Part shown: in pieces, positions 10,596-21,231 of the stretch
Layout of the letters: every line of letters starts with the position of its first letter
Numbering within the stretch: position 1 is the stretch's first letter
Assembly (NCBI GenBank): GCA_027484965.1
Contig: JAIXRY010000015.1
Location: forward strand, 91,807 to 155,806
Source: a bacterium
Lineage (GTDB): Bacteria; Patescibacteriota; Minisyncoccia; Phycocordibacterales; UBA9973
Length of the DNA stretch: 64,000 bases
Reading direction: 5' to 3'
The notes under the pieces: model-generated
Seen by the model: only the letters and a program-made list of their open reading frames with translations
Told to the model about the DNA's origin: nothing
Database searches by the model: none
Made by a program: the position numbers and the translations under genes

Positions 10596-11237
10596 ATGGT
10601 TATTACATATCTAGGAAAACAATTCTTTAAAATTACTCAAGGTGATTTAACTATCGCTGTCAATCCAATATCAAAAGATTCAGATCATAAAGAATCACGT
10701 TTTGGAGCTGATATTGTTTTGGTTACAACAAATTATCAAGACTATAACGGTGTTGAAATGGTAACTTTCGGAGAGAAAGAACCTTTTGTTATTAATGGTC
10801 CTGGATCTTATGAAATTAAGAATATTCCAGTAGAAGGGGTAGAAACAGAAGTTCTCATTAATAATAAAAAATATATCAATACCGTGTATACACTTATTAT
10901 AGATGGTATTACTCTTGGTTTCCTAGGATCTTTTGGAGAAAATTCAGAAATCTCTTCTGATGTTCGTGAGCTTCTCAGTGTTGTTGATGTTCTCTTTGTT
11001 CCGATTGGGGGAGAAGGTGTTCTTGATTCAAAAAAGGCTTCAAAATTTGCGGTATCTACTGATACAAAAATAGTGATACCTATGGACTACGGAACAGATC
11101 GCACAGAAAAATCTCTCCCTCAATTCTTAAAAGAAATGGGTCAAGAAGGTGTTGTAGGAGAAGATAAATTAACTCTCAAGAAAAAAGATTTAGACGGGAA
11201 GGAAGCTGTGGTTTTCGTTTTAGAAAGTACTAAATAA
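10596..11237 (+). CDS. hypothetical protein (possible degenerate MBL-like fold)
   Basis: 213 aa; no HxHxDH motif; weak resemblance to the UPF0173 family only. Confidence 0.4.
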   Translation: MVITYLGKQFFKITQGDLTIAVNPISKDSDHKESRFGADIVLVTTNYQDYNGVEMVTFGEKEPFVINGPGSYEIKNIPVEGVETEVLINNKKYINTVYTLIIDGITLGFLGSFGENSEISSDVRELLSVVDVLFVPIGGEGVLDSKKASKFAVSTDTKIVIPMDYGTDRTEKSLPQFLKEMGQEGVVGEDKLTLKKKDLDGKEAVVFVLESTK

Positions 11238-11245
11238 TATATTGT

Positions 11246-11503
11246 ATGGAATACATTAAAAGGATAAGAGAAAAACCTGAACATGTAAGAAAAAACTGGG
11301 CTCTAGGTATTACTTTTGTTTTTGGAGTGATAATATTCTTTATTTGGATTTTTGGATTTATTTCATCATTAAATGCTCCAAGCATAGAAACTAAAGTAAA
11401 AGCCAATATTTCACCTTTTAAAGTTTTGAAAGATAGCCTTGTAAAAACAACTGAACAAGTTGGCTCTGGTGTTAAAAATTTATCAGATTCGTTTAAAAAA
11501 TAG
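11246..11503 (+). CDS. small membrane protein
   Basis: 85 aa with one TM helix (ALGITFVFGVIIFFIWIFGFI). Confidence 0.4.
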   Translation: MEYIKRIREKPEHVRKNWALGITFVFGVIIFFIWIFGFISSLNAPSIETKVKANISPFKVLKDSLVKTTEQVGSGVKNLSDSFKK

Positions 11504-11562
11504 TTAAAATTACCTTATATTCTTTGGAAAAAAGCCAAAAAATGCTATAATAAATACCTATT

Positions 11563-14010
11563 ATGAAAGAAGAACAACCATTGATACCTAAGCACGAAGG
11601 AGTTATTTCTGTAAATATTACTTCAGAAATGAAGACTGCATATATTGACTATGCCATGTCTGTTATTACAGAACGTGCACTTCCTGATGTTCGTGATGGA
11701 TTGAAGCCTGTTCATCGTCGTATTTTGTTTGCGATGCACGAAATGGGTCTCACTGCCTCTTCTAAAGCTCGTAAGTCTGCAGCGGTGGTCGGAGACGTAC
11801 TTGGAAAATATCACCCTCACGGTGACGTATCTGTATATGATGCAATGGTAAACCTTGCTCAAGATTTCTCAACTCGCTACCCACTTATTATTGGGCAAGG
11901 TAACTTTGGTTCTATTGATGGTGATAATGCTGCTGCGATGCGTTATACCGAAGCTCGTATGTCTAAGCTTTCTGGTGAACTTTTGAGAGATCTTGAAAAA
12001 GACACTGTTGATTTTCGTCCAAACTATGACGGTTCAAAAAAAGAACCTACAGTTCTCCCAACAGCTGTTCCAAATCTTCTTTTGAATGGAACTCTTGGTA
12101 TTGCTGTGGGTATGGCAACAAATATTCCTCCTCACAATTTGAGTGAGGTTATTGATGCTTGTACTCATCTTATTGATAATCCTGACGCTACTACTGACGA
12201 TCTAGCCGAATTTGTACTAGGTCCAGACTTCCCAACAGGAGGAATTATCTACAACAAGCAAGACATCTTGCATGCATATGCATCTGGACGTGGAGGAGTT
12301 GTATGTCGCGGAGAAACCGAAATCATCGAAGCAAAAAATGGAACTTTTCATATTATCATTACTTCAATTCCATATCGTGTAAACAAGGCTGATTTGATTA
12401 TGAATATGGCTGACCTTGTTCATGAGAAGAAGCTCGAAGGTATCAAGGATATGCGTGATGAATCTGCAAAAGATATCCGCATTGTTATTGAACTCAAGAG
12501 TGGGGTGCATCCACAAAAAGTTTTGAACTATCTCTTCAAACACACACAACTCGAAAGTACCTTCCATTTTAATGTAGTAGCGCTTGTTGATGGTGTTCCA
12601 CAAACTCTTTCACTCAAATCTTTACTTTCAGAATTCATTAGCCACAGACAAGTGATAGTTCGTCGTCGTACAGAATTCGATCTTCGTAAAGCAAAAGAAC
12701 GTGAACATATATTGCTTGGTTTGAAAAAAGCTCTCGATCATATTGATCGTGTTATTACAATTATTCGTGAATCAAAAGACGCTGCACTCGCAAAGGTTAA
12801 CTTGATGAAAGAATTCAAATTCAGTGAATTGCAAACAATTGCAATTCTTGAAATGCGTTTGCAAAAGCTGGCTGGTCTCGAGAGAAAAGCAGTAGAGCTA
12901 GAACTCAAAGAGAAACAAGCTTTCATTGCAGAGTGTGAAGCGCTCCTTGCAAGCCCAAAGAAAATGCTCAAAGTTATTGGAGAAGAACTGACTGCAATCA
13001 AAGAAAAATATGGTGATGAACGTCGTACTCGCGTAATGAAAGGTGGTGTTGCAAGTATTTCTGATGAAGATTTAATTCCTGAAAAAGAAAGCCTTCTCGT
13101 GTATACAAAAGGTGGTTATGTAAAACGTACTGATCCGTCAGAATACCGTTCACAAAAACGCGGAGGTGTTGGTGTTATTGATATTGAAACAAAAGAAGAA
13201 GATTTTGTGACAATGTTACTTACTGCAAACACTCACAGTGAACTTCTATTCTTCACTAATCTTGGAAAAGCATACCAAATCAAAATGTATGAAATTCCAG
13301 AAGGAAAACGTGCAACAAAAGGAAAATCAATTATGAATTTCCTACAGCTTTCTGACGCTGAAAAAGTAACATCTATTCTTCCAATTTCAAAAGAAAAGAA
13401 AGCAAGTGTTGGTCAACTTGTCCTTATAACAAAACACGGTGAAGTCAAAAAGGTTTCAGCAGAATCATTCAAAGATGTTCGTCGTTCTGGAATCATTGCA
13501 ATCAAACTTGAAGCAGGTGATGAGCTCGTATCAGTAGTAACAGCCGAAAAGAATACAGAAGTATTGCTTGCAACTATGCAAGGTCAATCAATCCGTTTTG
13601 ATGTATCTGATGTTCGTGAAATGGGACGTGCTGCAGGTGGAGTACGCGGAATGAAACTTTCAAAAGGCGATGGAGTTATTGGAGTTGCTGCTATTAATGG
13701 TGACGAAAAAGACGGTTCACTTCTCGTGCTTTCTGCAAATGGTCTTGGAAAGAAAACACCTTTGAAAGAATACAAAGTTCAAAAGCGTGGTGGATCTGGT
13801 GTGAAGACTGCTAAGATTACAGCAAAGACAGGTCAGCTAATCGCTGCAGCTGTGGTGAATGAAGCAACAGAGCTTGTGGCTGTATCTCAAAAAGGTCAAA
13901 TCATCCGTACTGAAATTAAGAGTATTTCAACATCAGGACGCGACACTCAAGGTGTAACTATTATGAAAATGCGTGATGGAGACTCAATTGCGTCATTGGC
14001 GTTTTTGTAG
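11563..14010 (+). CDS. gyrA: DNA gyrase subunit A
   Basis: [11 protein letters not shown] active-site Tyr region, YHPHGD, C-terminal beta-pinwheel repeats. Confidence 0.9.
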   Translation: MKEEQPLIPKHEGVISVNITSEMKTAYIDYAMSVITERALPDVRDGLKPVHRRILFAMHEMGLTASSKARKSAAVVGDVLGKYHPHGDVSVYDAMVNLAQDFSTRYPLIIGQGNFGSIDGDNAAAMRYTEARMSKLSGELLRDLEKDTVDFRPNYDGSKKEPTVLPTAVPNLLLNGTLGIAVGMATNIPPHNLSEVIDACTHLIDNPDATTDDLAEFVLGPDFPTGGIIYNKQDILHAYASGRGGVVCRGETEIIEAKNGTFHIIITSIPYRVNKADLIMNMADLVHEKKLEGIKDMRDESAKDIRIVIELKSGVHPQKVLNYLFKHTQLESTFHFNVVALVDGVPQTLSLKSLLSEFISHRQVIVRRRTEFDLRKAKEREHILLGLKKALDHIDRVITIIRESKDAALAKVNLMKEFKFSELQTIAILEMRLQKLAGLERKAVELELKEKQAFIAECEALLASPKKMLKVIGEELTAIKEKYGDERRTRVMKGGVASISDEDLIPEKESLLVYTKGGYVKRTDPSEYRSQKRGGVGVIDIETKEEDFVTMLLTANTHSELLFFTNLGKAYQIKMYEIPEGKRATKGKSIMNFLQLSDAEKVTSILPISKEKKASVGQLVLITKHGEVKKVSAESFKDVRRSGIIAIKLEAGDELVSVVTAEKNTEVLLATMQGQSIRFDVSDVREMGRAAGGVRGMKLSKGDGVIGVAAINGDEKDGSLLVLSANGLGKKTPLKEYKVQKRGGSGVKTAKITAKTGQLIAAAVVNEATELVAVSQKGQIIRTEIKSISTSGRDTQGVTIMKMRDGDSIASLAFL

Positions 14011-14425
14011 AATGAAAAAATCATTTTCAATTTTAGGAATATTAATCTTGCCTGTCATTATTTTAGGTTATTTCTGGTATCAGAATCAAAAAGATATTAT
14101 TCGTGGAATTTTTGCGAGATGTGAGCGATCTGAGTATTTTGTTTATCCTGGTCAATCGCGTAAAGAAATAGACGGAAGTCCTAAGATAGTAACACCAGAA
14201 GTAATAGATACAATACCTCAGGTTACTGTTTATTCAGGGGAGAAAGTACTAGTAAAAGATACTCCCGTCGAAATTAGTTTGTATGGCTTTGCTCCAGTTC
14301 CAGGACAAGAAGGATTTATTGGTCCGCTATATGGTATAAAAGGAAATGATAATAAAGTGTATGATATATGGAAAAGAGGTTCTGTTGATAAATGTGGAGT
14401 TATTTTTGCAATAAAAAAACTATAA
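13973..14425 (+). CDS. membrane-anchored hypothetical protein
   Basis: Likely start at internal Met 14012 ([16 protein letters not shown]), which removes the overlap with gyrA; followed by a terminator. Confidence 0.45.
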   Translation: MMETQLRHWRFCRMKKSFSILGILILPVIILGYFWYQNQKDIIRGIFARCERSEYFVYPGQSRKEIDGSPKIVTPEVIDTIPQVTVYSGEKVLVKDTPVEISLYGFAPVPGQEGFIGPLYGIKGNDNKVYDIWKRGSVDKCGVIFAIKKL

Positions 14426-14463
14426 AAGAACAGAGGCGCCCTTCGGCGCCTCTGTTCTTTTAT
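14424..14463 (+). terminator. rho-independent terminator
   Basis: aaaagaacagaggcgcc-cttc-ggcgcctctgttctttt hairpin. Confidence 0.65.
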
Positions 14464-14594
14464 AGTTTTTAAAACCTAAAAACTAATCCCTACCTCTTTT
14501 CCCTCATCCTTTGTTGTAATATAACTATAATATATAGTAATTTTACCACTTGAAAATGACACTAAAATAGTTATACTTATTCTAAAACATTAAT

Positions 14595-14789
14595 ATGAAA
14601 GTTAAAATAAGTTTAAAAGCCAGGGAATTGTTTAAAAACAAATTAATGACCCGTCAATTTTTGCGTGAACTTATGAGAGTTCAAAAAGAAGGTTTGGCAA
14701 ATCTAGAAGGCAATAATATAAAACAAAATAGTGGTTTATCTTATGAAATTAGACTAGGCAATACTGTCTATAAGGTAAAACAACTTTAG
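14595..14789 (+). CDS. small basic hypothetical protein
   Basis: 64 aa, Lys/Arg-rich, bracketed by two terminators. Confidence 0.3.
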   Translation: MKVKISLKARELFKNKLMTRQFLRELMRVQKEGLANLEGNNIKQNSGLSYEIRLGNTVYKVKQL

Positions 14790-14825
14790 TGTTCAGATTG
14801 TTTTTAGATGAAAAGTAAAAGAAAT

Positions 14826-14872
14826 AAAGGCGCCGTGTGAGATATTTACCTCGCTTGGCGCCTCTCTTTTTT
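14826..14872 (+). terminator. putative terminator
   Basis: aggcgcc ... ggcgcct stem then tctctttttt. Confidence 0.4.
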
Positions 14873-15446
14873 GTTGTTAACTTTTAACTTTTACCTTTTA
14901 ACATTATACTTAGAGTACATGTTTATAAATCCAGACAATATTGTAAATTCACTACCAATTCATCCAGGGATGGTTGTTGCTGATATTGGAGCGGGAAGTG
15001 GAGCTTTTTCTATTCCTTTTGCAAAAATAGTGGGTAATTCCGGAAAAGTCTATGCAGTGGATGTTCAAAGGGAATTACTTTCTCGTATTCAAAAAGACGC
15101 ACACTCACTCGGTCTTCGAAATATATCGATACTATGGGGTAATGCCGAACAGCATAATGGAACGCACCTAAAAGAAAAGAGTATAGACGTTGTTCTTGTT
15201 TCAAATGTCTTATTTCAAATAGAACACAAAGAAAATTTTGCAAAAGAGATTTTGCGCATACTTCGTCCAAATGGATTTGTCGTGTTAATAGATTGGTCAG
15301 AAAGTTTTGGTAATCTTGGTCCAAGATCTGATCACGTTTTTTCTGAAAAACAAGCAAAAGAGCTTTTTGAAAGTTCTGGATTTACTTACTCACAAAAAAT
15401 ATCTTCCGGCGCACATCATTATGGTATAATATTTAAACATGGATAG
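14871..15446 (+). CDS. class I SAM-dependent methyltransferase
   Basis: Motif I VADIGAGSGAFS; probable start at internal Met 14916 (MFINPDN). Confidence 0.7.
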   Translation: MLLTFNFYLLTLYLEYMFINPDNIVNSLPIHPGMVVADIGAGSGAFSIPFAKIVGNSGKVYAVDVQRELLSRIQKDAHSLGLRNISILWGNAEQHNGTHLKEKSIDVVLVSNVLFQIEHKENFAKEILRILRPNGFVVLIDWSESFGNLGPRSDHVFSEKQAKELFESSGFTYSQKISSGAHHYGIIFKHG

Positions 15447-16728
15447 TAAGAAATTTTCAATCATTCTTATTGTTATCTTCATTATTGGAGCAATATTTGC
15501 TGTACTTCTTTTTTCTGGTGCTATTAAGGTGGGAAAGTCTAAAACAGACACTACGCCAAGCGGTTCTGTTGTTATTTGGGGTACTCTTCCACAAGCATCT
15601 CTTTCTGATATCTTGGATAAAATAAATATGTCCACAAAGACTATTTCTGTTACATATATAGAGAAAGACGCTAATACTATTCCAAGTGACCTTACAAAAG
15701 CAACTTTAGGTGGATTTTCTCCTGATATTATACTTGCTCCAGAAGATACTATTTTTCAGATTTCATCATTAATTAAAAGCACTCCATACACGAGTTACCC
15801 AGAAAGTTTGTTCAGACAGTCTTTTATGGAAGCTGGGGAAGTCTTTTTGGATAAAGACGGTATTATTGCTTTTCCTGTTACTATTGATCCTCTTGTATTT
15901 TTTTATAACAGAGACGTGCTTTCTGTTTCTGGTTTTTCACAACCACCTCTAATATGGGATGAGTTGTTTATCATGAATGATTTAATCACTCTTAAGGATG
16001 CGAGTGGTACTATCACTCGCGCACTTATTCCTTTTGGGCAATTTGATAATGTATTTCACGCTAAAGATATATTAGCAGCGCTTATGCTTCAAAGTGGTAA
16101 TAAAATTGTAGACACAACAAGTGGTGTAAAAATATCAACACTCGCAGACACTACAGACACTTCTAAAGTAATAAACTTCTTCACTTCATTTAGTGATCCA
16201 ATATCTAATGTATATGCTTGGAATAGAGCTCTTCCTGAGGCACGCGATACTTTCTTGGTAGGGAAGCTTGCTTTCTATCCTGGTTTTGCAAGTGAAATTT
16301 ATACTCTTCGTGAAAAGAATCCCAATCTTAATTTTGCTCCAGGTCAACTTCCTCAAATAAGAGGTACAGAGCGTCCAATAACTCTTGCTCATGTTCTTGG
16401 AGTGTCTTTGACCAAGTCAGCGCCTAATCCAAACGCTGCGTATTCAGTAATGCTTTTATTGTCAGGGCAAGAATTTTCTGGAGCTCTCGCAGATACACTA
16501 GGTCTTCCGAGTGCTCGTCGTGACACTATAAACAAAGCTACAACATCTTCGTATGGAAACTTGTTTCTACGCTCTGCACTTATAGGACGCTCTTGGTTTG
16601 ACCCAAACAAAGATGCTACAAATTTAATATTTAAAAATATGATTTTAAATATTAATAGAGGTAGAAGTTCTGTTGACCAAGCAATCTCTCAAGCAAATAT
16701 TGAACTTAGAAGTCTTTTGAGTCAATAA
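15439..16728 (+). CDS. extracellular solute-binding protein (ABC transporter family 1-like), membrane anchored
   Basis: N-terminal TM; pattern VVIWGTLP ... SPDIILAP typical of SBP_bac_1 proteins. Confidence 0.5.
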   Translation: MDSKKFSIILIVIFIIGAIFAVLLFSGAIKVGKSKTDTTPSGSVVIWGTLPQASLSDILDKINMSTKTISVTYIEKDANTIPSDLTKATLGGFSPDIILAPEDTIFQISSLIKSTPYTSYPESLFRQSFMEAGEVFLDKDGIIAFPVTIDPLVFFYNRDVLSVSGFSQPPLIWDELFIMNDLITLKDASGTITRALIPFGQFDNVFHAKDILAALMLQSGNKIVDTTSGVKISTLADTTDTSKVINFFTSFSDPISNVYAWNRALPEARDTFLVGKLAFYPGFASEIYTLREKNPNLNFAPGQLPQIRGTERPITLAHVLGVSLTKSAPNPNAAYSVMLLLSGQEFSGALADTLGLPSARRDTINKATTSSYGNLFLRSALIGRSWFDPNKDATNLIFKNMILNINRGRSSVDQAISQANIELRSLLSQ

Positions 16729-16735
16729 TATTATT

Positions 16736-18970
16736 ATGAAAAAATATTCACCTATCATTACATTATGTCTTGCGCTTAGTTTGTTTGTTTTATTCCCAAA
16801 ACAAATACACGCATCATTTGATTTTACTGCTTCAGTATCTTCTGATATTGTTGAAAATGCCAAACCTGGAAATGATGGCACTAAATTAAACTTAAGATAT
16901 TCGGTAACAGCAGCTTCTGGAACAACTCAAACAAAGAGTATTAAAGTTTTCAAAAAAGACAATCCAACAGAAGTTGGTACTGTAAGTAATATTAGTACTA
17001 CTTATGTAAAACTTTACGATGAGGTTGGATGGGGTAGAAACGGCTCTCTGCCATATCATAACAAAGCGTTTTATGAACAAATAGGTACAAATCAGATTAC
17101 AAAAAGAAATTCTCTTTTTGTCTTGCTTTATAATGCTGTTCCAAAACAAGTTGATAAGCCAAATGAATTAATAAAAGGTACTCTTGTTTCTTGGCAAGAA
17201 ATACCTCTCAAAATAAATACTGTTTCAAATGATGGAAATATTGTTTTTGATTCTTTGATAAAAGATAAAAGTTACATTCCAGAAATTTTAGTCGTCAATA
17301 CTGGTTATGGTTCCAATTTAGTCGTCACTGGTAGTGCAATTAAAACAGGTAATACTGTAGGTGCTGGAAATACCTCAAGTGACGATCCTTTTGTGCAAGC
17401 TTCTATTAAGACTAAAGTGGTTTCTAATGTTACTCAATATAATATCTGTGTTGAGATAAATAAATACGCCAAAGCTGATAAGCCAATCAAAATAACAAAA
17501 GGAACTATTGTTGATGGAATTTTAGTCCCAAGCACTCCTTTGAGTGTTGTGAGTGTTACAGATCAAGTTCCAGAGACGCGTATTACTGATACTATGGCTC
17601 GTAGATTGCTTGACTGTACAGAACCTCAAGCGCTTCTTGCAAATACTTCATATGTCGCTGATTTTGATTTTTTAATTACAGATGACGATGCGTATGAACA
17701 AGATCCGGTAACAAGACCTTACTCAGTTCGTGTTTTAGTAAAGACTTATGCAAGTGGACTTGGAGCTGATATTAGTAGAGTGCCTTTATCTAATGGAAAT
17801 CCTGGTACAAATCAAACACCTTCAATCGGTAATTCTCCAAATCTAATTGCAACAAAATTAAGTAATGGTACACACAATGCTTGTGGTTATGTTGATCAAG
17901 CAGATAAGCTTTCAGATATAAACATATCTCTAACTATGGGGACACTAAGTCAGACAGGTAATGCAAGTCCTGTTATTACTCCTGATTATGATAATCGTAC
18001 AGTCACAAAAGCAAAAAGTGATATTAATGAGCAAATAAATCAAAGTACCAAGAGAGGTACTTACTGTACAAATTTTGGAGAACTACTTCCTGGAAACTAT
18101 GTCTTTAAAATGAGTACCATTTTTAATGGGCTTCCAAATATTACAGAATACAGAACTCTTTTTATTGGAGGGTTAAATCCTGGTAGAGTTCCTATGGTTG
18201 ACCCTGTAATTTCTGTTGTTTGGTCAAAAAAGAACAATGCATTTATTGTTACCGGAAAAATAACAAATCTTCCTCCTAATAATGGGGGTACAATAGTGCT
18301 TGTAAAAAAAGGTACTTTTCAAGAAATTAAGCCACTGCAAGCTGATATGGATGGATACTCTACTCCACAAAGAGAGTTTATTATTAGTGCGAAATTTAGA
18401 AATCTCGCCCCTGGTATCTATGTTGCTGTTGTGAGACCTTTACATTCAGATGCTACTCCATTTATTACACCTCAAGGTAGAATTGAGAGAGTTTCAGAAG
18501 AATTTGAAACCGAAAATATAAAAGCGATAAGTCCTGATGATACATTAGATCCGGGAACAGGTACAGGAACGGGAACTGGTTCCGGAACTGGTGGAGGTTT
18601 GTTTGATGATATTGGTGGAGATTTGCTTGAAATCCCAAAAAACGGACTTGTGTTGTGTGGAAGACCTGGTCAGCCTGCTTGTGATTTTAATATGTTGTTG
18701 ATAACTATAAATAAGGTTATTAATTTTGCACTTACGTTAATTGCTACTCCTATAATGCTCTATATGTTGTTTAAAACAGCATGGGAATTCTTTACAGCAG
18801 GAGGGAGTACAGATCAGATCAAGAGAGCAAAACAAAGACTACTCGCTATTGTTATTGGTTATGTGATTGCTCTTACTGCATGGCTTGTTATTAAGACAAT
18901 TATTATACTTCTGGTAGGTGAGGATAATATAACGGGAACTAACCCCATATTTAAGACATTCTTCAATTAA
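16736..18970 (+). CDS. large secreted protein with C-terminal VirB2/TrbC-like two-TM pilin module
   Basis: Signal peptide; about 640-aa extracellular region; Gly-Thr linker (GTGTGTGSGTGGG); C-terminal LLITINKVINFALTLIATPIMLYMLFKTAWEFF..GGSTDQIKRAKQ..LLAIVIGYVIALTAWLVIKTI has the same TM-loop-TM architecture as the four downstream small proteins. Confidence 0.5.
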   Translation: MKKYSPIITLCLALSLFVLFPKQIHASFDFTASVSSDIVENAKPGNDGTKLNLRYSVTAASGTTQTKSIKVFKKDNPTEVGTVSNISTTYVKLYDEVGWGRNGSLPYHNKAFYEQIGTNQITKRNSLFVLLYNAVPKQVDKPNELIKGTLVSWQEIPLKINTVSNDGNIVFDSLIKDKSYIPEILVVNTGYGSNLVVTGSAIKTGNTVGAGNTSSDDPFVQASIKTKVVSNVTQYNICVEINKYAKADKPIKITKGTIVDGILVPSTPLSVVSVTDQVPETRITDTMARRLLDCTEPQALLANTSYVADFDFLITDDDAYEQDPVTRPYSVRVLVKTYASGLGADISRVPLSNGNPGTNQTPSIGNSPNLIATKLSNGTHNACGYVDQADKLSDINISLTMGTLSQTGNASPVITPDYDNRTVTKAKSDINEQINQSTKRGTYCTNFGELLPGNYVFKMSTIFNGLPNITEYRTLFIGGLNPGRVPMVDPVISVVWSKKNNAFIVTGKITNLPPNNGGTIVLVKKGTFQEIKPLQADMDGYSTPQREFIISAKFRNLAPGIYVAVVRPLHSDATPFITPQGRIERVSEEFETENIKAISPDDTLDPGTGTGTGTGSGTGGGLFDDIGGDLLEIPKNGLVLCGRPGQPACDFNMLLITINKVINFALTLIATPIMLYMLFKTAWEFFTAGGSTDQIKRAKQRLLAIVIGYVIALTAWLVIKTIIILLVGEDNITGTNPIFKTFFN

Positions 18971-18988
18971 TAGGTTATAATTATTTAT

Positions 18989-19441
18989 ATGAAAAAGATA
19001 GTACCAACGTTTGGAATTTTAGGAATACTTTTTTTAGGAAGTATTTCACCTGTTTTTTTGTCTAACCAGAATCTTGTTCATGCTCAAGGAACATCGACAG
19101 GTACAACGACTGGGGGTGGGGGTGCGTCTACAGGGTCAGCATCTTCGAATACAAACAAATCATTCAACCTTTCTTTTACAATAGATAATCCTATTAAAGC
19201 AAACAACCTCCAAGAACTCATTGAAAGACTTTTAAAGCTTGTGTATCTTGTAGGTGTTCCAATACTTGTTTGTTTCTTGCTTTGGGCTGGGTTTCTATTT
19301 GTTGAAGCTCGCGGAAATGATAAGAAATTAGTTATTGCTCGTCAAAATTTATATAACGTCGTTATTGGGGCAGTTTTATTCCTCGGTGCATACACAATAG
19401 CAAAAGTTGTAATAGCAACATTAAAAGATATATTCAACTAA
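18989..19441 (+). CDS. pilin-like protein (TrbC/VirB2-like T4SS-pilin family resemblance)
   Basis: Signal peptide, Gly/Thr/Ser-rich linker, then two TM helices split by a short charged loop (WAGFLFVEARGNDKK). Confidence 0.5.
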   Translation: MKKIVPTFGILGILFLGSISPVFLSNQNLVHAQGTSTGTTTGGGGASTGSASSNTNKSFNLSFTIDNPIKANNLQELIERLLKLVYLVGVPILVCFLLWAGFLFVEARGNDKKLVIARQNLYNVVIGAVLFLGAYTIAKVVIATLKDIFN

Positions 19442-19445
19442 TAGT

Positions 19446-20264
19446 ATGAAAAATTTATTATACAAAATCATTGTTCCTTCATTACTTGTACTTGCTTTCA
19501 TAATCCCTATATTTCCCCAAAAAGCACAAGCTCTGACAGATCAAGAACAACAAGTAATTCTCCAGACAGCACTTTCTGCTATTATGATAGCTTTTCCGTA
19601 TATTTGTGGAGGTGCGTCTGTACCTACAGATACACCAGAGCAAGCGCAGCAACGTGAAAAAGTTAGACAAGCTTGTAGAAATACCGGGCAAATAAGTTCT
19701 CAAGTTATGTATATATTGATACAGTTATACCCTGAAGTATGTCAAAGAATGCCAAATGTTTGTTCTAGTATTATGCAAGTATTGGGTGCACTTGGTGGAA
19801 GTGGGGTTGTAGGTGGTTTTGGTGGTACAGGCCCTACAGTTATAGGAACTGGAGCGGGAGGAGCTATCTCTACTGGTCCAACTGCTGGTGGTGGTGGAGC
19901 TTTCGTTTCTACTGGCCCAACAGTTGCTAATATTACATACGCGTCCGGTCCTGCAAATGGAGGGTGCCCATCTGGTATATCTAATATTTCTGATATATAT
20001 CTACTCGCAAAATGTATTTTGGCTGGAATGGTTATTCCGATGATATTTATACTAGCATTCTTGGTATTTCTTTGGGGTGTGATGCAATTTATAAGAAAAG
20101 GAGACAATCAAGCAAAACGTCAAGAAGGTATTAATTTTATGTGGTACGGAATAGTTTCTCTTTTTGTAATGACTTCAGTGTGGGGAATTGTTAAGATTGC
20201 TACGACGACTCTCGGAGTAGATGGCACATATATACCAAAAGTAGAATCCCCAAAGAAAAACTAG
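19446..20264 (+). CDS. pilin-like protein (paralog)
   Basis: Same architecture; shared motifs FLWGVMQFIRKGDNQAKR and LFVMTSVWGIV. Confidence 0.5.
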   Translation: MKNLLYKIIVPSLLVLAFIIPIFPQKAQALTDQEQQVILQTALSAIMIAFPYICGGASVPTDTPEQAQQREKVRQACRNTGQISSQVMYILIQLYPEVCQRMPNVCSSIMQVLGALGGSGVVGGFGGTGPTVIGTGAGGAISTGPTAGGGGAFVSTGPTVANITYASGPANGGCPSGISNISDIYLLAKCILAGMVIPMIFILAFLVFLWGVMQFIRKGDNQAKRQEGINFMWYGIVSLFVMTSVWGIVKIATTTLGVDGTYIPKVESPKKN

Positions 20265-20356
20265 CACTTATATATATATATTTTGTATAATATGAAGAGT
20301 AGGCGCTGTCGTGTCTATGGACTATTAGTTTTTATTATTATTTATAATTTTTTATT

Positions 20357-20758
20357 ATGAAAAAGTTTATTCCTTTTGCAAGTGCACTTGCTCTTCCAGC
20401 TCTTGCTTTTGCACAAACTCGACCAGATTTTACTTATCTCGAATCTACATTTAATGCAGGTAAAGGTGTTTTAAGTGGTGCTATTAATGTGATAATGATT
20501 CTTGCATTCGTATATTTCCTTTGGACAGTTATTCAGTTTATTAGAGCAGAAGCTGGTAAAAAAGCAGATGCTCGTACAAATATGATTTATGCAATCATTG
20601 GTTTGTTTGTAATGACTTCTGTTTGGGGTATTGTTGGTATTCTTCGTCAAACAACTCAAGCAGGTCAAGGCGGTCAAGGTACTATTACTTGTCCTCCAGG
20701 AACTACTGCACAACAAGTAACTGGCGCTAATGGTCTTAGAACTGTTGTTTGTTACTAA
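20357..20758 (+). CDS. pilin-like protein (paralog)
   Basis: FLWTVIQFIRAEAGKKADAR and LFVMTSVWGIV motifs. Confidence 0.5.
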   Translation: MKKFIPFASALALPALAFAQTRPDFTYLESTFNAGKGVLSGAINVIMILAFVYFLWTVIQFIRAEAGKKADARTNMIYAIIGLFVMTSVWGIVGILRQTTQAGQGGQGTITCPPGTTAQQVTGANGLRTVVCY

Positions 20759-21087
20759 GTATGTTTTGGTTAATTCCTTTTACTCAAATAGCTCATGCAC
20801 AAGATGTGGGAGAAAAGTTGATTAATACTGTTTTAGACAAGATTATTAATCCACTAGTATTCTTCTTGTTCGTTGCAGCTCTTATATACTTTCTTTGGGG
20901 TGTCTTTATGTATCTCAAAGATGGTGATAAACAAGACGCTAGAACTACAGGTTCACGGCACATTCTTTGGGGGCTGGTGGGTTTGGTTATTATGATGAGT
21001 GTATACGGCATCATACGACTCGTTGTAAACACCTTCAACTTTCAAGCACCAAGTCGTACTGTAGACTTGAAGAGTATAGGGAAATAG
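20749..21087 (+). CDS. pilin-like protein (paralog)
   Basis: FLWGVFMYLKDGDKQDAR and VIMMSVYGII motifs. Confidence 0.5.
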   Translation: MLLSMFWLIPFTQIAHAQDVGEKLINTVLDKIINPLVFFLFVAALIYFLWGVFMYLKDGDKQDARTTGSRHILWGLVGLVIMMSVYGIIRLVVNTFNFQAPSRTVDLKSIGK

Positions 21088-21175
21088 AAATTCCAAAATC
21101 AGAATATTGAAATTTATATTTTGTCTTCGATTCGAATAATGTAAAAATATTTTTTACTTACTCCTCGCTCGACAA

Positions 21176-21212
21176 AATAAAAAAAGCCCCGCCGTAAGGT
21201 GGGGCTTTTTGT
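21176..21212. terminator. bidirectional terminator
   Basis: aaaaaaagcccc-gccgtaaggt-ggggctttttg between convergent genes. Confidence 0.55.
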
Positions 21213-21231
21213 TGCGAGTGCAACGAAAGAG

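Noticed and set aside
16736-21087. Conjugative type IV secretion system
   Set aside because: Only pilin-like subunits are present; no VirB4/VirD4 ATPases, VirB6, relaxase or oriT-like sequence in the window.
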